Positions 36,510-50,226 of a stretch of DNA of 64,000 nucleotides are shown one piece after another. The stretch lies in the NCBI RefSeq assembly GCF_001194135.2, contig NC_069001.1, forward strand, positions 32,551,529 through 32,615,528, in the 5' to 3' direction. The stretch is from Octopus bimaculoides (taxonomy: Eukaryota). Each line of letters starts with the position of its first letter. The first letter of the stretch is position 1. A model generated the notes under the pieces. It saw only the letters and a program-made list of their open reading frames with translations. It made no database searches and had not been told where the DNA came from. The position numbers were made by a program, and so were the translations under genes.

Positions 36510-37130
36510 ACATCATCCTCATCATTAGGTGTCATCTGCTCTTGGCAGGTTCAATACCAAGGATCTCCATTCTTACACATTCACCATATGATAGTTTTGT
36601 CCAGTCCTTGATGTTATCAAACCAGTTTGTTTTAGATCTTCCTTTTGAGTGTTTGCCATCTATCTTTCCCTTTAGTAATGGTTTTTACTCTTACTATGCA
36701 ATCAAAGTATTCTAGCTTTCTTTTCTGTTAATAATTGAAAGTAATGATCTTTTTCTTTTTGCTAGTTTGACATTCTTTTCTATGTCAACATTTCAAAAGC
36801 TTCTAATTTGTCAGTGTTTTCATCAATGTCCTTCACCTTGTTACAGTTTAGTCCAGTCCTTGATGTTATCAAACAAGTTCTTTTTAGGTCTTCCTCTTGA
36901 GTGTTTGCCATTTATTTTACCTTGTAGTAATAATCTTTATTCTTAATACATTAGCAAAGTACTTTAGCTTCCATTTTTATTTTTCTATCTTTAATACTTG
37001 AAAGCTTAACATTCTTCTGTGCAGCCACATTTCAAAAGCTTTTACTTTATCAGAGCATTTGTCAAATGTCCATGTTTCTCTGCACCATATAGTAATGTGG
37101 ACCATATGTAGCATTAAAATAGCTTTTTTC
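36510..37130 (-). mobile_element. RTE-clade LINE 3' region, two tandem diverged segments
   Basis: Frameshifted minus-strand peptides CYIWSTLLYGAE/TWT...KAFEMWLHRRML...KLKYFANVLR...GKHSRGRPKKNLFDNIKDWT, and a second copy KLEAFEM...GKIDGKHSKGRSKTNWFDNIKDWT ending in a (TGA)n tail; unit offset 252 nt. Confidence 0.85.
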
Positions 37131-39847
37131 TTGTTACATGTTTTTGCTGTAACACCAGTTTGTGTTTTTGTAATACAGTGACGCTTGAGCTACACAAAGT
37201 CACTTTAGACCAAAACCTTGTGTTAGTAAAGTTACACAGAAACCAACCTGGAATAGAAATATGCATCCGCATAAAAATTCATATTGACTCCAGGTATTTC
37301 ATCATATTCTAGAGACAATGACATTTAGATCTGCCTTCTGTTAAATCTCTTAAGTCATCTCTATAGGTTATCTGTAGAATTTAGATCCAGTACTGAAAGT
37401 TACATCATTTCATATACAAATATGTCTGTGTAAACAATGCAATTAAAGATGGAAAATTATGGTAATGTGGAGCTGAGGAAGGAACAATAATTCCTAAAAT
37501 ATGTATACACAACCATTATCTATTTTCCTATGTTCAATCACATTTTTTACGTAGATGTATTTACATACGAAATGATCGGTGTTGGCTCTAAATTCTATAG
37601 AAAACCTGTGGAGGTAACTTAAAAGTGATTGCTTCACACTAACACAAAAGTAGGGCACAGTACTTGGTAGTATATTCTGGTTGCAGAATGAAATACAGTG
37701 TCCCTGTCAGCAACTAATATTTATAAAATCTATTTTCCTGTTTCATTCCCCTTTAGGATGCTTCATAGGAAAATTAACCCTTGCTGCATGGGAACCAAAT
37801 ATACCCAGTTCCATGTATGTGCACTTGTGACACAAGAGCCAAGTATATTCAGTTCTGTGCTTGTGCACTTGAAACCCGGGAACCAAGTTAACTTATCAGT
37901 ACACTGAAGTCCAATTAACTCCAGTACTTGGGTAGCACTTACATTAACCCCACCCCAAGACTCCAGACAGATGAAAAGCAAGGTTAACCTCTGTGGGGTT
38001 TGAATTCAGAATGTAGAGCAGCTAAATATCATTTTTTTTTTGTCTGACACTCTAACAATATTGTCACACTTACCCTGTTTTAAGACTTAGTATTAAATGT
38101 TCTGGTAATACTAAGTGAATTGGATTATGATTTAATCTGCAAGATAAATTAACTCTTACATGTTTTCCAACCAACATATACTAAAAAGAAAGGGGGGAAA
38201 AGAAAAGACAAATGTGTACAAGTAATTAATACATGCACAAAAGGTTAGTAGCATAAAGTAAACTAGTAATTAATAATTGTTTATGCATTCACTGCTATAT
38301 ACTTTTATCACAGGGAAACCCCAAAAATGTCTTTTAGCACGAATTAAAAATGACAGATTTAATACATACCACTAAAGATCAAATTTTATTGTGTATAATA
38401 AGAGTATAGACAGTTAATTAACAAGTGAACGTGGGACTCAGTGGAAAACCTGTTATAAAGATTTAAAGTAAGAGGAGTGAACATGAAGTATTTTGCTGAG
38501 TATTTAAATTATGTAATTTATATTTTTTATTTATTTGTTATTTATATGACATAGTATGCACATTTTATCTTTACTTGCCAATAGAAAGAGGCTTGTGAGA
38601 AGTGATTTGCACCTGGTTACCAGGTGTGTTGCCTAGTTGTTTTGGGGTGTTGCTTTCATGACTGCATGATCGTTGTTTCGATTCTTAGACCAGATTATGT
38701 ATTGTGATTTTGAGCAAAACGTTTCATGTTGCTCTGGTCTACTCGGCTGCAAATGATTAAGCCTGTGATGGACCGGTGTCCTGTTTAGGCAGAATATTGT
38801 GAACTCAGTGCTGTCTGGTTGTCAGACACATTACTAGGTCTAGTGGTTAGGGTGTTGCATTCATAATTGCAAGATCATGGTTTCGATTCCCAAACTGGGT
38901 GGTACATTGTGATTTTGAGCAATAGATTTCATGTGGCTCTGTTTCACTCAGCTGTAAACGAGTGTGCAGTTTTGCATATAAGACCTGTGGTGATATTTTG
39001 AGGCCTTTTTGGAAAAAAAGTGCATCTTATATACCATCAAATACAGCACTGTGTATATCATAATGTTTTTCTTCTCATTTGATTTTCGTATAAACTTTCA
39101 CACTTTCTGTGATCGGTCCCTGTCATCTGTGTGATAATAAAAGAAAATGACTGCTACTTTTTTTTCCATTGCATTCTAGATTTGTATCACATTGACATAT
39201 TAAAATTGCTTACTGGCCACCACTTTCTGATGACAGTTAATGTGGATAAGATCTTTTTTTTTCTTCTAACAATGAGTAATTTAAATACTTATCACTTTTC
39301 GTATTATGTAGTAACTACTTTAAGCATTATAAAATGGTGCTCTGGCTAGGTACATCCTATTTTTATTGTGGACATGTTGAACTGAAGTGTCAACTCTGAT
39401 TTAAAGATGGTTTGCAGTTGGGAGATTTGGCAGTCCAAGCAACAGTGTAGATAGAAGCAGCAGTTTTTGTTGGTTAAAGAAACAATTGTATAATCATATT
39501 TCTTGAAGGAGTTTGACCTATGTATTACAGAAGAGTTTCACAACCATTCAGGAGACTTCTGTTTTTTTTCTGTTTTTTTTTTAATGTATGCTCTTGCATT
39601 ACTTTTGACACACACAGTCAAGCTACTAAGATGCTTTTGAGTAGTGTTCTCAAAAATGAAACCACATTGCAAATCTCTCTCTAAACCTTGCAGTGAGATG
39701 AGATAGATGAATTTTAAGTAAATTAGATTTTAGGGTTTCCTTCTTAACCCTTTAGCATTCAGATTACTGTCAAAATGTTGGAATTTGAATTTGAGATGGT
39801 CTTTTGATTTAACAAAAAAATAAAAAAATAAAAAAATCCTTCTACAG

Positions 39848-40075
39848 TTAATTCTTTAGCACTTAAACTGGCCATATCAGGCCCAAATATTCTAGCCATT
39901 TTATGATCAAACCAGCCAGCTATGGCTTCTCATACATACCTTACAATATCATTCTAAACATAAATGATCACAACTTTGAAGTCTCAAAGCTGCAAGATAA
40001 TGCATGATTAATTCAAAACAATGTGAATAAATAAGCATTACATTTGCCAAAATAATCTGAATACTAAAAGGTAAA
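39848..40075 (+). mobile_element. TTAA MITE family 1
   Basis: TTAATTCTTTAGCACTTAAACTGGCCATATC ... GAATACTAAAAGGTAAA; an isolated end also lies at 39744. Confidence 0.75.
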
Positions 40076-40281
40076 AGCTTTTAATTGATGCTCTTGGTAT
40101 AATACACTGAAGTTATTTAGCATTCTCACTTCTATAATAATGAGTTTTTTAATTTTTTTATTTAAAAAGAATGGAATCTAAATAATTATATTCCTGTTTG
40201 AAATTAATATTTATTTATGTGACTTCTGCATGTTTAATGCCTCTCTTTTTTCATGGAATGATGTGTTTTGTAATTTTCATC

Positions 40282-40494
40282 TTAACCCTTTTGTTACATT
40301 ATTTTTGCAAAATATGCTGCCTTTGTTTCAATTAATATGGAAAAATAATGAAGAATTTAGTAAAATAACTTTGTTGTTATTAAGTTGGAGTTTGGAGCAA
40401 AAATTAACATGAAATTTTCACAGGTTTTTAGATCACTTCAAAATGGAGAGGTTGTATTGTAGAACAAGGCAGAGGTCGGTATGAAAAGAATGAA
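40282..40494 (+). mobile_element. TTAA MITE family 2
   Basis: TTAACCCTTTTGTTAC...GCCTTTGTTTCAATTAA...AAATTAACATGAAATTTT; right end degenerate. Confidence 0.7.
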
Positions 40495-42298
40495 AATAGC
40501 TGATAGCCTAAAATCTCAACTTTGATTATAAACCATGTAACAAGCCATGAATTTACTTCAGTGATATTTTTTATTGTTGAAAACTGACATGGTTGGAATA
40601 TTTTTGCTTGTCACCCATTTTGTTGGTAGTATATCTTTGTTGTTGTTATTCAGTGTATGTAATAATATCGGTATTTATTGTTGTTGCTATTATCTTTGTG
40701 GTACCACTTATCTGTGTTTTCATATTGATAATATTGTTTACTTCCTTTTACCTTGCCTGACAATATCTAAAAAAATACTTTTTAGTTATTATATATGATA
40801 ATAAAAGAAAATTTGTTGATTGTTATAATAAAGGCGGCACTGAGCTCAGATGCTGCTGGGATCGATTTTGCATGTCATCCTTTCAGGATCAATAAAATAA
40901 GTAACAGGTGAGCACTGGGGTTGATGTAATCAACTTACCCCTGCCCTGAAATTGCTGGACTTGTGCAAAAATTTGAAATCATTATTAAGACATCAAGCTG
41001 GCAGAATTGTTAGCACACTGGACAAATTGCTTAGCAAATTGCTTACCATCAGGGATCTGATACTTGTGGTTACTATCAGGGATCCGATACCAGTGGTTCT
41101 CATACTTTTGGGGGCTGCCACCCCCTTGGCACCCATGCCATATTGCGCACACTACTTTTTCTCTAAGCCATAAAAAGATTTATGAAAAAGACAGATAAAA
41201 TCTTGTCAATGTTTCCTTCACTCTTAGTCTACTTTTGAGTCATGTCAAACATCCTGCTGCTATGGAGGAGTTAATAAAATAAATATAGTTAATTTTCTTT
41301 TTAAATTGTAAATCTGTAGGGATAAAAAAAAAAATGGGGGAGGGGCAGTTAATTGTCATGTCTGTTGACACAATATATACTTAGCAATTTGGAAGCTTAG
41401 CATAACAACAACAACAATAGCAAAATTATATTTTCAAAAAAGTATGAGTAACTGGATTTTATTATTATTATTTTCTTCTTTTTTTTTTTACTGGAACATT
41501 CCTATCTCTCTTGGCAGAAAATAAACATATAGTTCTGCTGTAGAATCCTTCTGGAATAATTTGAATTTGGCTAAAAATAACTTACTCTGTCTAGATAAAT
41601 GCAATCACTGGCTGTGTAGGTCTACTGTTAAAACATTTCTTGTTTCTGAATGTTTTCCTTTGTTTCTGTATGATAACGATAATATTTGTGTATCTAACCT
41701 AGTCTCTTTACTTGGTTTTTTTTTTCTGTTTTTTTTTCTAAGACTAAAAACAAAAACTGCTTTGACCGATGACTTGATGCTTATAGCTGGACGGTTTTCT
41801 TTTTTTTTTTTTGATTTCACTTAACACTTCTGAAATAAAATCGTGTTTTTTAATGCTGCTGATGTGCTTTATTATCTAGGTGTTTAGTGAAAACTTTTTT
41901 TTAGGTTATGTTGTCTTTAATAGCCTATGATAACTGAACATAGATGGAAAAAGGCAAGGGCAATCACGTAAGTTATGAGAGAAAGTTGGCGTAATTAAGT
42001 CTTCACATGTGTCCAGAGTGAACATTGTAGTAGAGTTGGTCTGGTAGTGAAATATTTCAGTTCTTGGTTGAGTCATCTCACTTCACTCACATTTCATAGT
42101 TGCTCTCTATTAGACTGAAGTGTCCTTGACACATTTCAGAAATATGTAATCTTTCCTAGCCACCCTAGTGACCCAAAAATAATTATGGGGCCTTTTTCAC
42201 TTTCTTTACGTGTGTGTTTTAGTAGCTATGTTGTTAGACCCTCCCACACGTTTTTCTTTCTTTGCTTTGCATGTAAATCTATGAAATCCCATTATGCA

Positions 42299-42625
42299 TA
42301 GGTGCAGGCATGGCTGTGTGGTAAGAAGTTCGCTTCCCAACCACATGGTTCCAGGTTCAGTCCCACTCCTTTGCACCTTGGGCAAGTGTTTTCTACTATA
42401 TCTCTGGACTGACCAAAGCCTTGTGAGTGCATTTGGTAGATGTAAACTGAAAGGACCCCCCACCACCACCACCACCACCACATATACATGTGTGTATACA
42501 TGTCTGTATCTATGTGCATGTGTCTTTGTATTTATCCCCGCTAGCACTTTACAACTGGTGTTGGTTTGTTTATGTCTTGAAACTTAGCAGTTTAGCAAGC
42601 AAAGCCAATAGTATAAGTACCAGAC
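42299..42625 (+). mobile_element. SINE family A
   Basis: GGTGCAGGCATGGCTGTGTGGTAAGAAGTTCGCTTCCCAACCACATGGTTCCAGGTTCAGTCCC head, then (CAC)n/(TG)n and partial body. Confidence 0.85.
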
Positions 42626-42780
42626 TTAAAGCCATCAAGAGCTGCACCAACACCATACGCTAGTCCGGGTTATTTTGAGTATAATATTTCATTCTTAGCA
42701 TTTATATGTTTGTTTCTTAGTCATTTATTAAATCCCTGTTGGCCTTCAGACATTTATAGCACAGTCTCTCTCTCACACTG

Positions 42781-42955
42781 GCTGGGTGCAAATGAGGGAG
42801 AGGAAGACTACCCAAAAACTAGCACAGTACTCTCCACAAGGGCGAAGGGGAACTGCAGTTGACCTGGACTGATGCAGAAACAGCTGCAGCAGATTGCACT
42901 CAGTGGAGGCAACTGATCACCCAGTGTTCTGTTAGGAACAGGAGGGACGAAGATT
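42781..42955 (+). mobile_element. RTE-clade LINE 3' end fragment
   Basis: GRGRLPKN*HSTLHKGEGELQLTWTDAETAAADCTQWRQLITQCSVRNRR fits the RTE C-terminal GRP..TW....L.LTW..A...A.DR..WR motif. Confidence 0.7.
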
Positions 42956-44485
42956 TCGAATTGACCCTTTCAAACCCATGTAAACTACTTTTAAAAATAT
43001 ATACCTGGTCTAGAGCGATGGGCTAAACTGATGTACATACATACATTCAAACATGTGGGATGATAATGACTTAAAGCTAAATTAATTATGTTTAGATCTT
43101 CTATAATTGTTGGTGTGTTAAGAAATTGAAATGTGTCTGAGGCATGATGAATTAAGTGTCAGCAACAAACTGTACTATGCAAGAATTTAAATTTTTAGTC
43201 TGGTTCAGCTAGTCTCATACCATACGGCTGTCAAATCAAGCAGAATTTAGATTTATGACATCTATTACTGTCTTGAGGCCTGGGGCTCATAGAGCCAGTT
43301 ACTGGGTTTCCATGGTGTATAAGTGACTAAGATTACAAAAATCCCCTTGAACAGTACACCAGTCTGACGCAGGGTGACTCATTTATAGCTGAGTCATGTG
43401 GAGCAATGTGAGATGAAGTATTTTGCTTAAGAACACAGCACAAGCCTTGTCTGGGAATTGAAACCACTATCTTGTGATGATGAGTGCACCACCCTGCCAC
43501 TAAGCCAAACACCTTCAAACAACAATTATTATATGCTTAGCAGTATTTCATCCGTCCTTATGTTCTGATTTCAAATTCCATCGCAGCCAAATTTGCCTTT
43601 CATCCTTTGAGGTAGGGGTGTCGATAAAATAAGTACCAGTTGTGCACTGGGACAATATAATTCATTTAACTACTCCTGAGTAAGAGTATAAAAACTGCAC
43701 CCCTCTGCCAAGCTAAGTGAAGCTAGTATTGCAGCATAGGCCCATCAAAGCAGTACTATCTCGAGCTCACATTCATGGCCTTTACATCAGACCTCGGTTG
43801 GTGGACAGAACATGCTGAGGCCTTCATCCTGCAGTGGACTGAACATAGGCAATCCATTCCAATTCAATCCAACTTTTTCAGACTATTAACCTTATTTTTA
43901 GGTTTGTAAAATACTTTAATATTTAAGCCTGCACTATGTTTTGGTTAGTTTTCTCTTCAGTTGTCATCAGGTAACATATTTCTAGATCTGTACATAGTAC
44001 CAGACTGAGTTTGAACTTGAAACTTTTTATTTTTAAATTCAAAGGTAATAATGCTTCAGTTGGCCACCAACTAAGATCTGTCATGGGCCCTAAGGCTGTG
44101 AATATTAGAACTTAACCAAGTTTCCACAGCATATAAGTGACTGAATACTTTCCTTTGAATAGGACACTGGCCCATTGCAAGGTTAACTGTTGCTAGAACT
44201 TATTGGCTGCTGACCAGACTGGAGCAATGCTAAATGAAGTGTTGTGTTTTGCTGAAGAACACAAGGCACCACCCAATGTGGAGATTGAAACTGATTTTAC
44301 AATCATGAGTGCAACATCCCGGCCACTCGGCTGTGTGCCTTCACTAGGTCACCAACTACTAACCTAAAATATACTGCATACTAGAATATTAATAGAGTGC
44401 GGATTATGAAGGAATTAATAATATATATTATGAACCAATAAATATAGGTTAATATATTTATTCATTATACATAAATAAATAAATA

Positions 44486-44843
44486 AACAAGCACTCATAG
44501 AGCACAAACCTCTCCCAAGGCAACACCAATGTCCTCCCAACAATTAGCCAGAGATGATTTTTAAAATTGAAATAAACTCAACTGATCTCACAAACAAGAA
44601 TACTAAAAATGAACCTGATCGCTCCCAAAAATTAAGTAAAAACACCAGAAAAATAATCCAGAATCCTCATCTGGTACCGGATCGATCTCAAAATCTAATC
44701 AGTTCATGCCAGTTACAAGGCCAAGCATCTCTGAAAGTTTGAACCAAATCCATCCAGTGATTCTTGAGATATCTCGTCCATGAACAAACAAACAAACACA
44801 GCTGAAAACAATACCTCTACCTTCTCTAAGGCAGAGGTAATAA
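44486..44843 (-). mobile_element. DINE-1/HINE-like non-autonomous Helentron
   Basis: Minus strand: TTATT, subTIR ACCTCTGCC, nearby inverted copy GGTAGAGGT, (TTTG)n, core, 3' subTIR GGGAGAGGT, stem-loop GTGCTC-TAT-GAGTGC, TTGTTT. Confidence 0.65.
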
Positions 44844-45757
44844 ATATATGGTTAATATATTTATTTATTTATAAGAAGGGCTCTGATACCTAATTTAACG
44901 TTCAGACTAAATAGATCTATTGAAAACATACTAGTTTACTTTTTATCAATATTGCATTGTTATATCTGAACTATTATTTTAGTTACTAAATATTTACATT
45001 CTATTTCTTCTTGCACATTCTGCTGCTTTTATTACAACAAAAGATGATTGCAATTACAGAAGTATTTTTGTCTTTGTTTTAAATATATGTCTTACTGAAC
45101 ACTAGTCAGTTTGTTTCCCCAATTGAACCCCCCCCCCCATCAACCTCTAGACATTTTTACCACTCTATCTCTACATGATTCTAATGCCCTCTTACAGACC
45201 TATATAAACTGCTTTTAAAAACATACCTTGTCTAGTGTGTTAAGCTAAACTGAAGTACATAGATGCATTCAAACCAAACATGTTAAGCCAAACAGGATTA
45301 ATGCTGCTTGAGACTACATTTTTTTTTTTCCTTTGTTAAAATATTGTTGTTTTTCAACTAGTGTTGTATTCATTGTTATTTTAATTAATACCAGTTTTTC
45401 ATGCTTGCATGAGTTATATGTCTCTGACTAGCTACAGCTGTTACTTTTATGCAGAGAGGTATGCAGCTATTTGGTATATGCCAGCCTGTGTGTATGTGTG
45501 CGCGCACACACACATATTACACACACACACACACACCATGTACAATGTCATAAGAATTAAGAAACTTTGAGAGACATGAAATAATTTGTTTTTAATGGTG
45601 GAACTTGAAGCAGATGAAGCTTTGAAGTACAGCATGTAAATATTGGATTGAGAACCCATTAGATAGCCTTTAACATTTTCTATCCAATGAAGTTTTCACC
45701 TAGTATTAACACTCTATTATTTGTAGATTTATCTACATTGAGTTCCACCATTGAAAA

Positions 45758-45808
<51 letters not shown>

Positions 45809-45879
45809 GCAAACAATTCAAATGAAAAAGGTGATATGCACAAAATATATAATAGCTTGACACTCGGTAAAAAGAGAGA

Positions 45880-45914
45880 GTTTAATGTTTTGAGCATAGC
45901 TCTTTATCAGAAAC
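45880..45914 (-). ncRNA. Decayed second copy of the 14.3-kb hammerhead-like pseudo-LTR motif
   Basis: Minus strand gttt-CTGATAA-a-GAGC-tat-GCTC-AAAA-c-ATT-aaac: same stem II, intact stem I, core changes explained by CpG decay. Confidence 0.45.
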
Positions 45915-45920
45915 GAGAAC

Positions 45921-45954
<34 letters not shown>

Positions 45955-46358
45955 ATAATGGTAAGACCTGAGGATCAAGGTGTAGGAAGTAAGTAATGTT
46001 TGAGCAGTCTGTAGAAGTTATAAAAAACAACTTTCAGTAGTGGTTTATTGATGTAGAAGGTTGTAAATTTTCCCCATATTGAAGTTCAATAAGCTGAAAA
46101 CAGTTATTTTATAGCTCACGGTTAGCAGCTGGAGTTAGTGTGTATGTGAATAAAAATTGGCATTTTCAATCGAACCTCTGGCGAGTTCACATAAAATCCC
46201 TTGATGACAATGTAACCTTCATTTGTCTAAGGTATTTTTGGCCTGACAAGTAACTAGTGGATTAACCCTTGTTTGGATCATCACTATTTCCAAGGTTCTT
46301 GCTAGCTATGACATATGTAGCCTGGAGTTTATCCACTCTATTCCCTATATTTGGATGG

Positions 46359-46393
<35 letters not shown>

Positions 46394-46407
46394 AAACNNN
46401 NNNNNNN

Positions 46408-46443
<36 letters not shown>

Positions 46444-46534
46444 AAACACAAACACGACAGAAGTAAATAGACACCCTTATAATCATTTAAATTTATTTAA
46501 ATTTGAAAATATACATTCAAATTCATCATAATTG

Positions 46535-46745
46535 TTTAACATCTGCTTTCCCAGCTGGCATGGGTTGGATGGTTTGACTGAGGACTGGCAAGCCAAGAGA
46601 CTGCACCAGTCTGTTTCAATCTGTTCTGGCATGGTTTCTACAGCTGGATGCCCTTCCTAATGCCAGCCACTCCAAGAGTGTAGTGGGTGCTTTTTACGTG
46701 CCACCAGCATGGGGGCCAGTCAGGCATAACTGGCATTGACCACAC
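46535..46745 (-). mobile_element. Repeat family E
   Basis: GGCATGGGTTGGATGGTTTGACTGAGGACTGG...CAGCTGGATGCCCTTCCTAATGCC. Confidence 0.8.
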
Positions 46746-47509
46746 TTGAATTAGTCTACCTTCAGATTGCCCCACAATATGACCTCTTTGAAATTCGGAC
46801 AGTTCCAAGGCTTGTTTTATATGTGGCATGATTATACAGTTGCATATAGAACCTGAAACATAAAAATGTCCAACAATAAAAAATACAAACCATTTCAAGT
46901 TAAAATAAGTGTAAAACAATTACTTCTGTCATGTGTGTGTATTGAAAGTTGGTGAAAGTTTTTAAATTTTTGCCTTCTGTTGTTCTTGATGAATAATAAA
47001 AACAAAAAACAATAATTAGAACTTTGGGTGTCTTAGCAGAATATATTAAAAATGAGAGAGGTGGGTAAAGATTGTATTTACTAATAAGGTGAAGATTGGC
47101 AACAGGGAAGGCATCCAACCATAGAAAATTTGCCTTCTGAACTAGCTAACTGCATAGTCCCTCCACCTTGGACCACCCATCTTTCTTGCTCCTCTCATAT
47201 TCCCTGCTTCTCAACTTGTAAACACCACATTAAAAGCTTCATTTGATTCTTTCTCCTCAGGTCTGTAACCCGCCCTTCATTCTCTTTCCTGCCCATGTTT
47301 TTACAGCAAGCCTTGACCTGCAAATGTTCAAGCTGAATTTCAAAACTATATCTATTTCCTCAGTTGGGAAGGGCCTATTCTCTCCCTTCCTGAATAACTT
47401 GAAATTAAAAAGCAAACAAACGCCCCTCCCCCGCAAACCTAGGGTTATCAGTTGATTCTCAGAATAATCAACATTTAGGACACATTTAACATTTTTTTTT
47501 TTACATTAT

Positions 47510-47553
<44 letters not shown>

Positions 47554-49133
47554 CAAAACACTGCTTTGCAGTAGATTCCGAAGTAAAGCTAGTTACAAAT
47601 TTTTGCAGTATGATAACATGAAATCATGTGTGGTCTCCAACTGACTGGTTGATAAGTAACGTGTTTAACCTTTTTAATGATGAGTATATTTTAAATAATC
47701 TGTCTAAGAGATCTTGTGAGAGCTCAGTGTAACATATACATACATATTTCTATTAAAAAACGTGTATGCTGTTAACACCATTTCATCTTTTATTTATTTA
47801 AATGGATATTCATAAATCTACAAAAGAACAAGACTTTTTCTTTTTTCATCCTTTTAGCAATTTCCACTTAATTTGAAAAAGAGAAGAGGACCCAGAAATT
47901 TCACTCTCTCTTTCTTTACATTTCTGAAGAATGTTATCAGTAATAATCTGGTTTTTAGTTGTCTCAGGAAATATATATATGAAGTGGTGTTACTTGGATG
48001 TCATGTAAAATTTAATACTTCATGTAGTACCTTTGTTACTAGTGTAAGAATATATTTCCTCTAGTGAACAGCTCAAAATTTCATGCTACATTATTTTCCT
48101 TCTCTCCAAAATTGACTCTTCCTTATGCAGACCACCACTAAATAGTTTTCTTTCATCAACTACGATCTTCAAGTGTTTCTCTTTTACTGGAGTTATCATC
48201 ATCACCATTGTTTTAACATCCACTTTTCCATGCTCGAATGGGTCAGACAGAATTTGTTGCGGCAGATTTTCTATGGCCTGATGCTCTTCCTGTTGCTAAC
48301 CCTTACCTGTTTCCAAGTAAGGTGCTATTTCCCCATGACCAGACATGTTTTCATAGAATATTGGAAATGGGCACCATTTGCATAATGGTGACACACATTT
48401 ACAACTATCACTTGATGTCAAGGCACAGAGATAGTAATTCATACGACAAGCTTCTTTCAGTTTCTGTCTATCAAATCCACCACAAGGCTTTGATTAGCTT
48501 TGGTTTGTCATAATTTGTTTATTCACAACCGGTTGATCCCTTCTGTTCACTGATCAACTAAATATTCCACTGATTCAAACAGCTTTCTGCACTGGCATCT
48601 ATTGATCAAGCATATTTCCACTATTCAAAAGTAGCTTTAATCCTGTCCACTAAACCATCTATCCATCTGATATATCATCATCATTTTCCCAGTGTAACAA
48701 TATATTTCCTCTAATGAACATCCATTTTCCCATGTTTGCATGGGTCAGTTAGAATTTGTTGAGGCAGATTTTCTGCAGCCCGGTGCCCCTCTTGTATTCA
48801 CTAATCAGTCATGTTTCCCTCCTCTTGTTGAAAAACCAACCTTACTCACTTCTTGTTTAGATGTAATAGACACAGACACGTTATTAAAATGTTCTTACAT
48901 TCCAAAAGCTATTATGTTAGTGTTGTAAAAGATGGTATCTGTTGTCAGGAGTTACTTAGCTTAACCGTACAGAGCACTCAGCCAGAATTAGAGACGTATA
49001 GGGTTTGATGTTCTGTAATGGCTTGCTGGCCACTATCACTGTCCTCTAAGAGCATTTACCCAATCTTCTAAGGTGTTTTCACACCCATTCTGCATTCAAG
49101 ATTTTCTCTATTTTCTGTAATATATATATATAT

Positions 49134-49405
49134 GATGGCCGTCCACTCGTGACCGAGGAAGACCATTGCCGACCTTCAGGAACATTGTGCGCTCTAGGAC
49201 TAATATTTTGCATTTGCGGCTCCGTTGGTGGTTAATGAGCCCTGCTCTTGACAAGCATACACGACTGCAAACATTGCAGACCAAGCTTTCCCCATTCACT
49301 ATACGAGCCGTACGCTTTCGCTCAGCTCGCTTAAGTTCTTCATGTTGGATACGTGCTCTCTCAAAAGTGTTGATGACCTCCTTAACCTGCTTCCTCCATC
49401 TGTGG
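49134..49405 (-). mobile_element. Young 5'-truncated RTE-type LINE end with C-terminal zinc-finger-like motif
   Basis: Open frame RWRKQVKEVINTFERARIQHEELKRAERK...CNVCSRVCLSRAGLINHQRSRKC; 14 CpG in about 270 bp; ends GGACGGCCATC followed by (AT)n. Confidence 0.8.
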
Positions 49406-50161
49406 AGCATGAACACACATACATACACACCTTAACCCCTCATCTCCTAGCATAAAGCTCCCCACTTGGGTTTTGGAGGCTTGCAAGTTGCAGGGTTGTA
49501 ACACTAATACTTGTAGCATGAGAAAAGGGCATCCAGTTCATGCTGTAAAGTTAGGAAGAGCATCCAGCTGTTGAAATCAGTCATACCAAAGCAGACACTG
49601 GAGCACGATGCAGTCCTTGGACCCATAGAATCCCGTCACACCATCCGGTCCATACCACCATGGAACATGGATATTGAATGATGATGATGATGATGTACAC
49701 ACACACTCTCACATATAAATTAATATGTCTCAAATTGCTATCTTAGGGGTAACTACCAGATTCTAAATTCCATTAATTCTGCTTTGTAAAAGAATTATCT
49801 TTTTTTCTTTTTTCCTTTTATTTTATTTATTTTTCTCCACTTTTTTTTTCCTTTTCTTCTTTTCAAACATTGACTTGGAGCAATTTTGAAAGTCTAGATC
49901 AGTGAAATGATGTTGATGCTGCTCCTGATTCAATAGAGTTGCTCACATAAACTCATAAATCAGCTCTCGAGGCTTGTTTGTACACCTGCATACATGTGCA
50001 TACACACACACACACGTGTGTGCACAATTACATACATATTCTCATATAATCACTTCTACATATCTCCACTTTCATACTTGCGTGCATTCTCGCACGCTTG
50101 CACATACACACGAGCTACCTCTGCAGATTTGCACTTGCACAATCGTGCATACTCATGCACT

Positions 50162-50226
50162 TGCACATATTCTTAACACATGCACATATTCTTAACACAT
50201 GCACATATTTTTAACACATGCACATA
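50162..50226. repeat. Short 19-bp tandem repeat (TGCACATATTCTTAACACA)x3 within a degenerate CA-rich tract (49975-50280)
   Basis: Read directly; one substitution in unit 3. Confidence 0.85.

Noticed and set aside
46360-46450. Direct duplication (TA)n-CACACACAAAAC on both sides of a 10-N gap
   Set aside because: Typical unmerged contig overlap; an assembly artefact.
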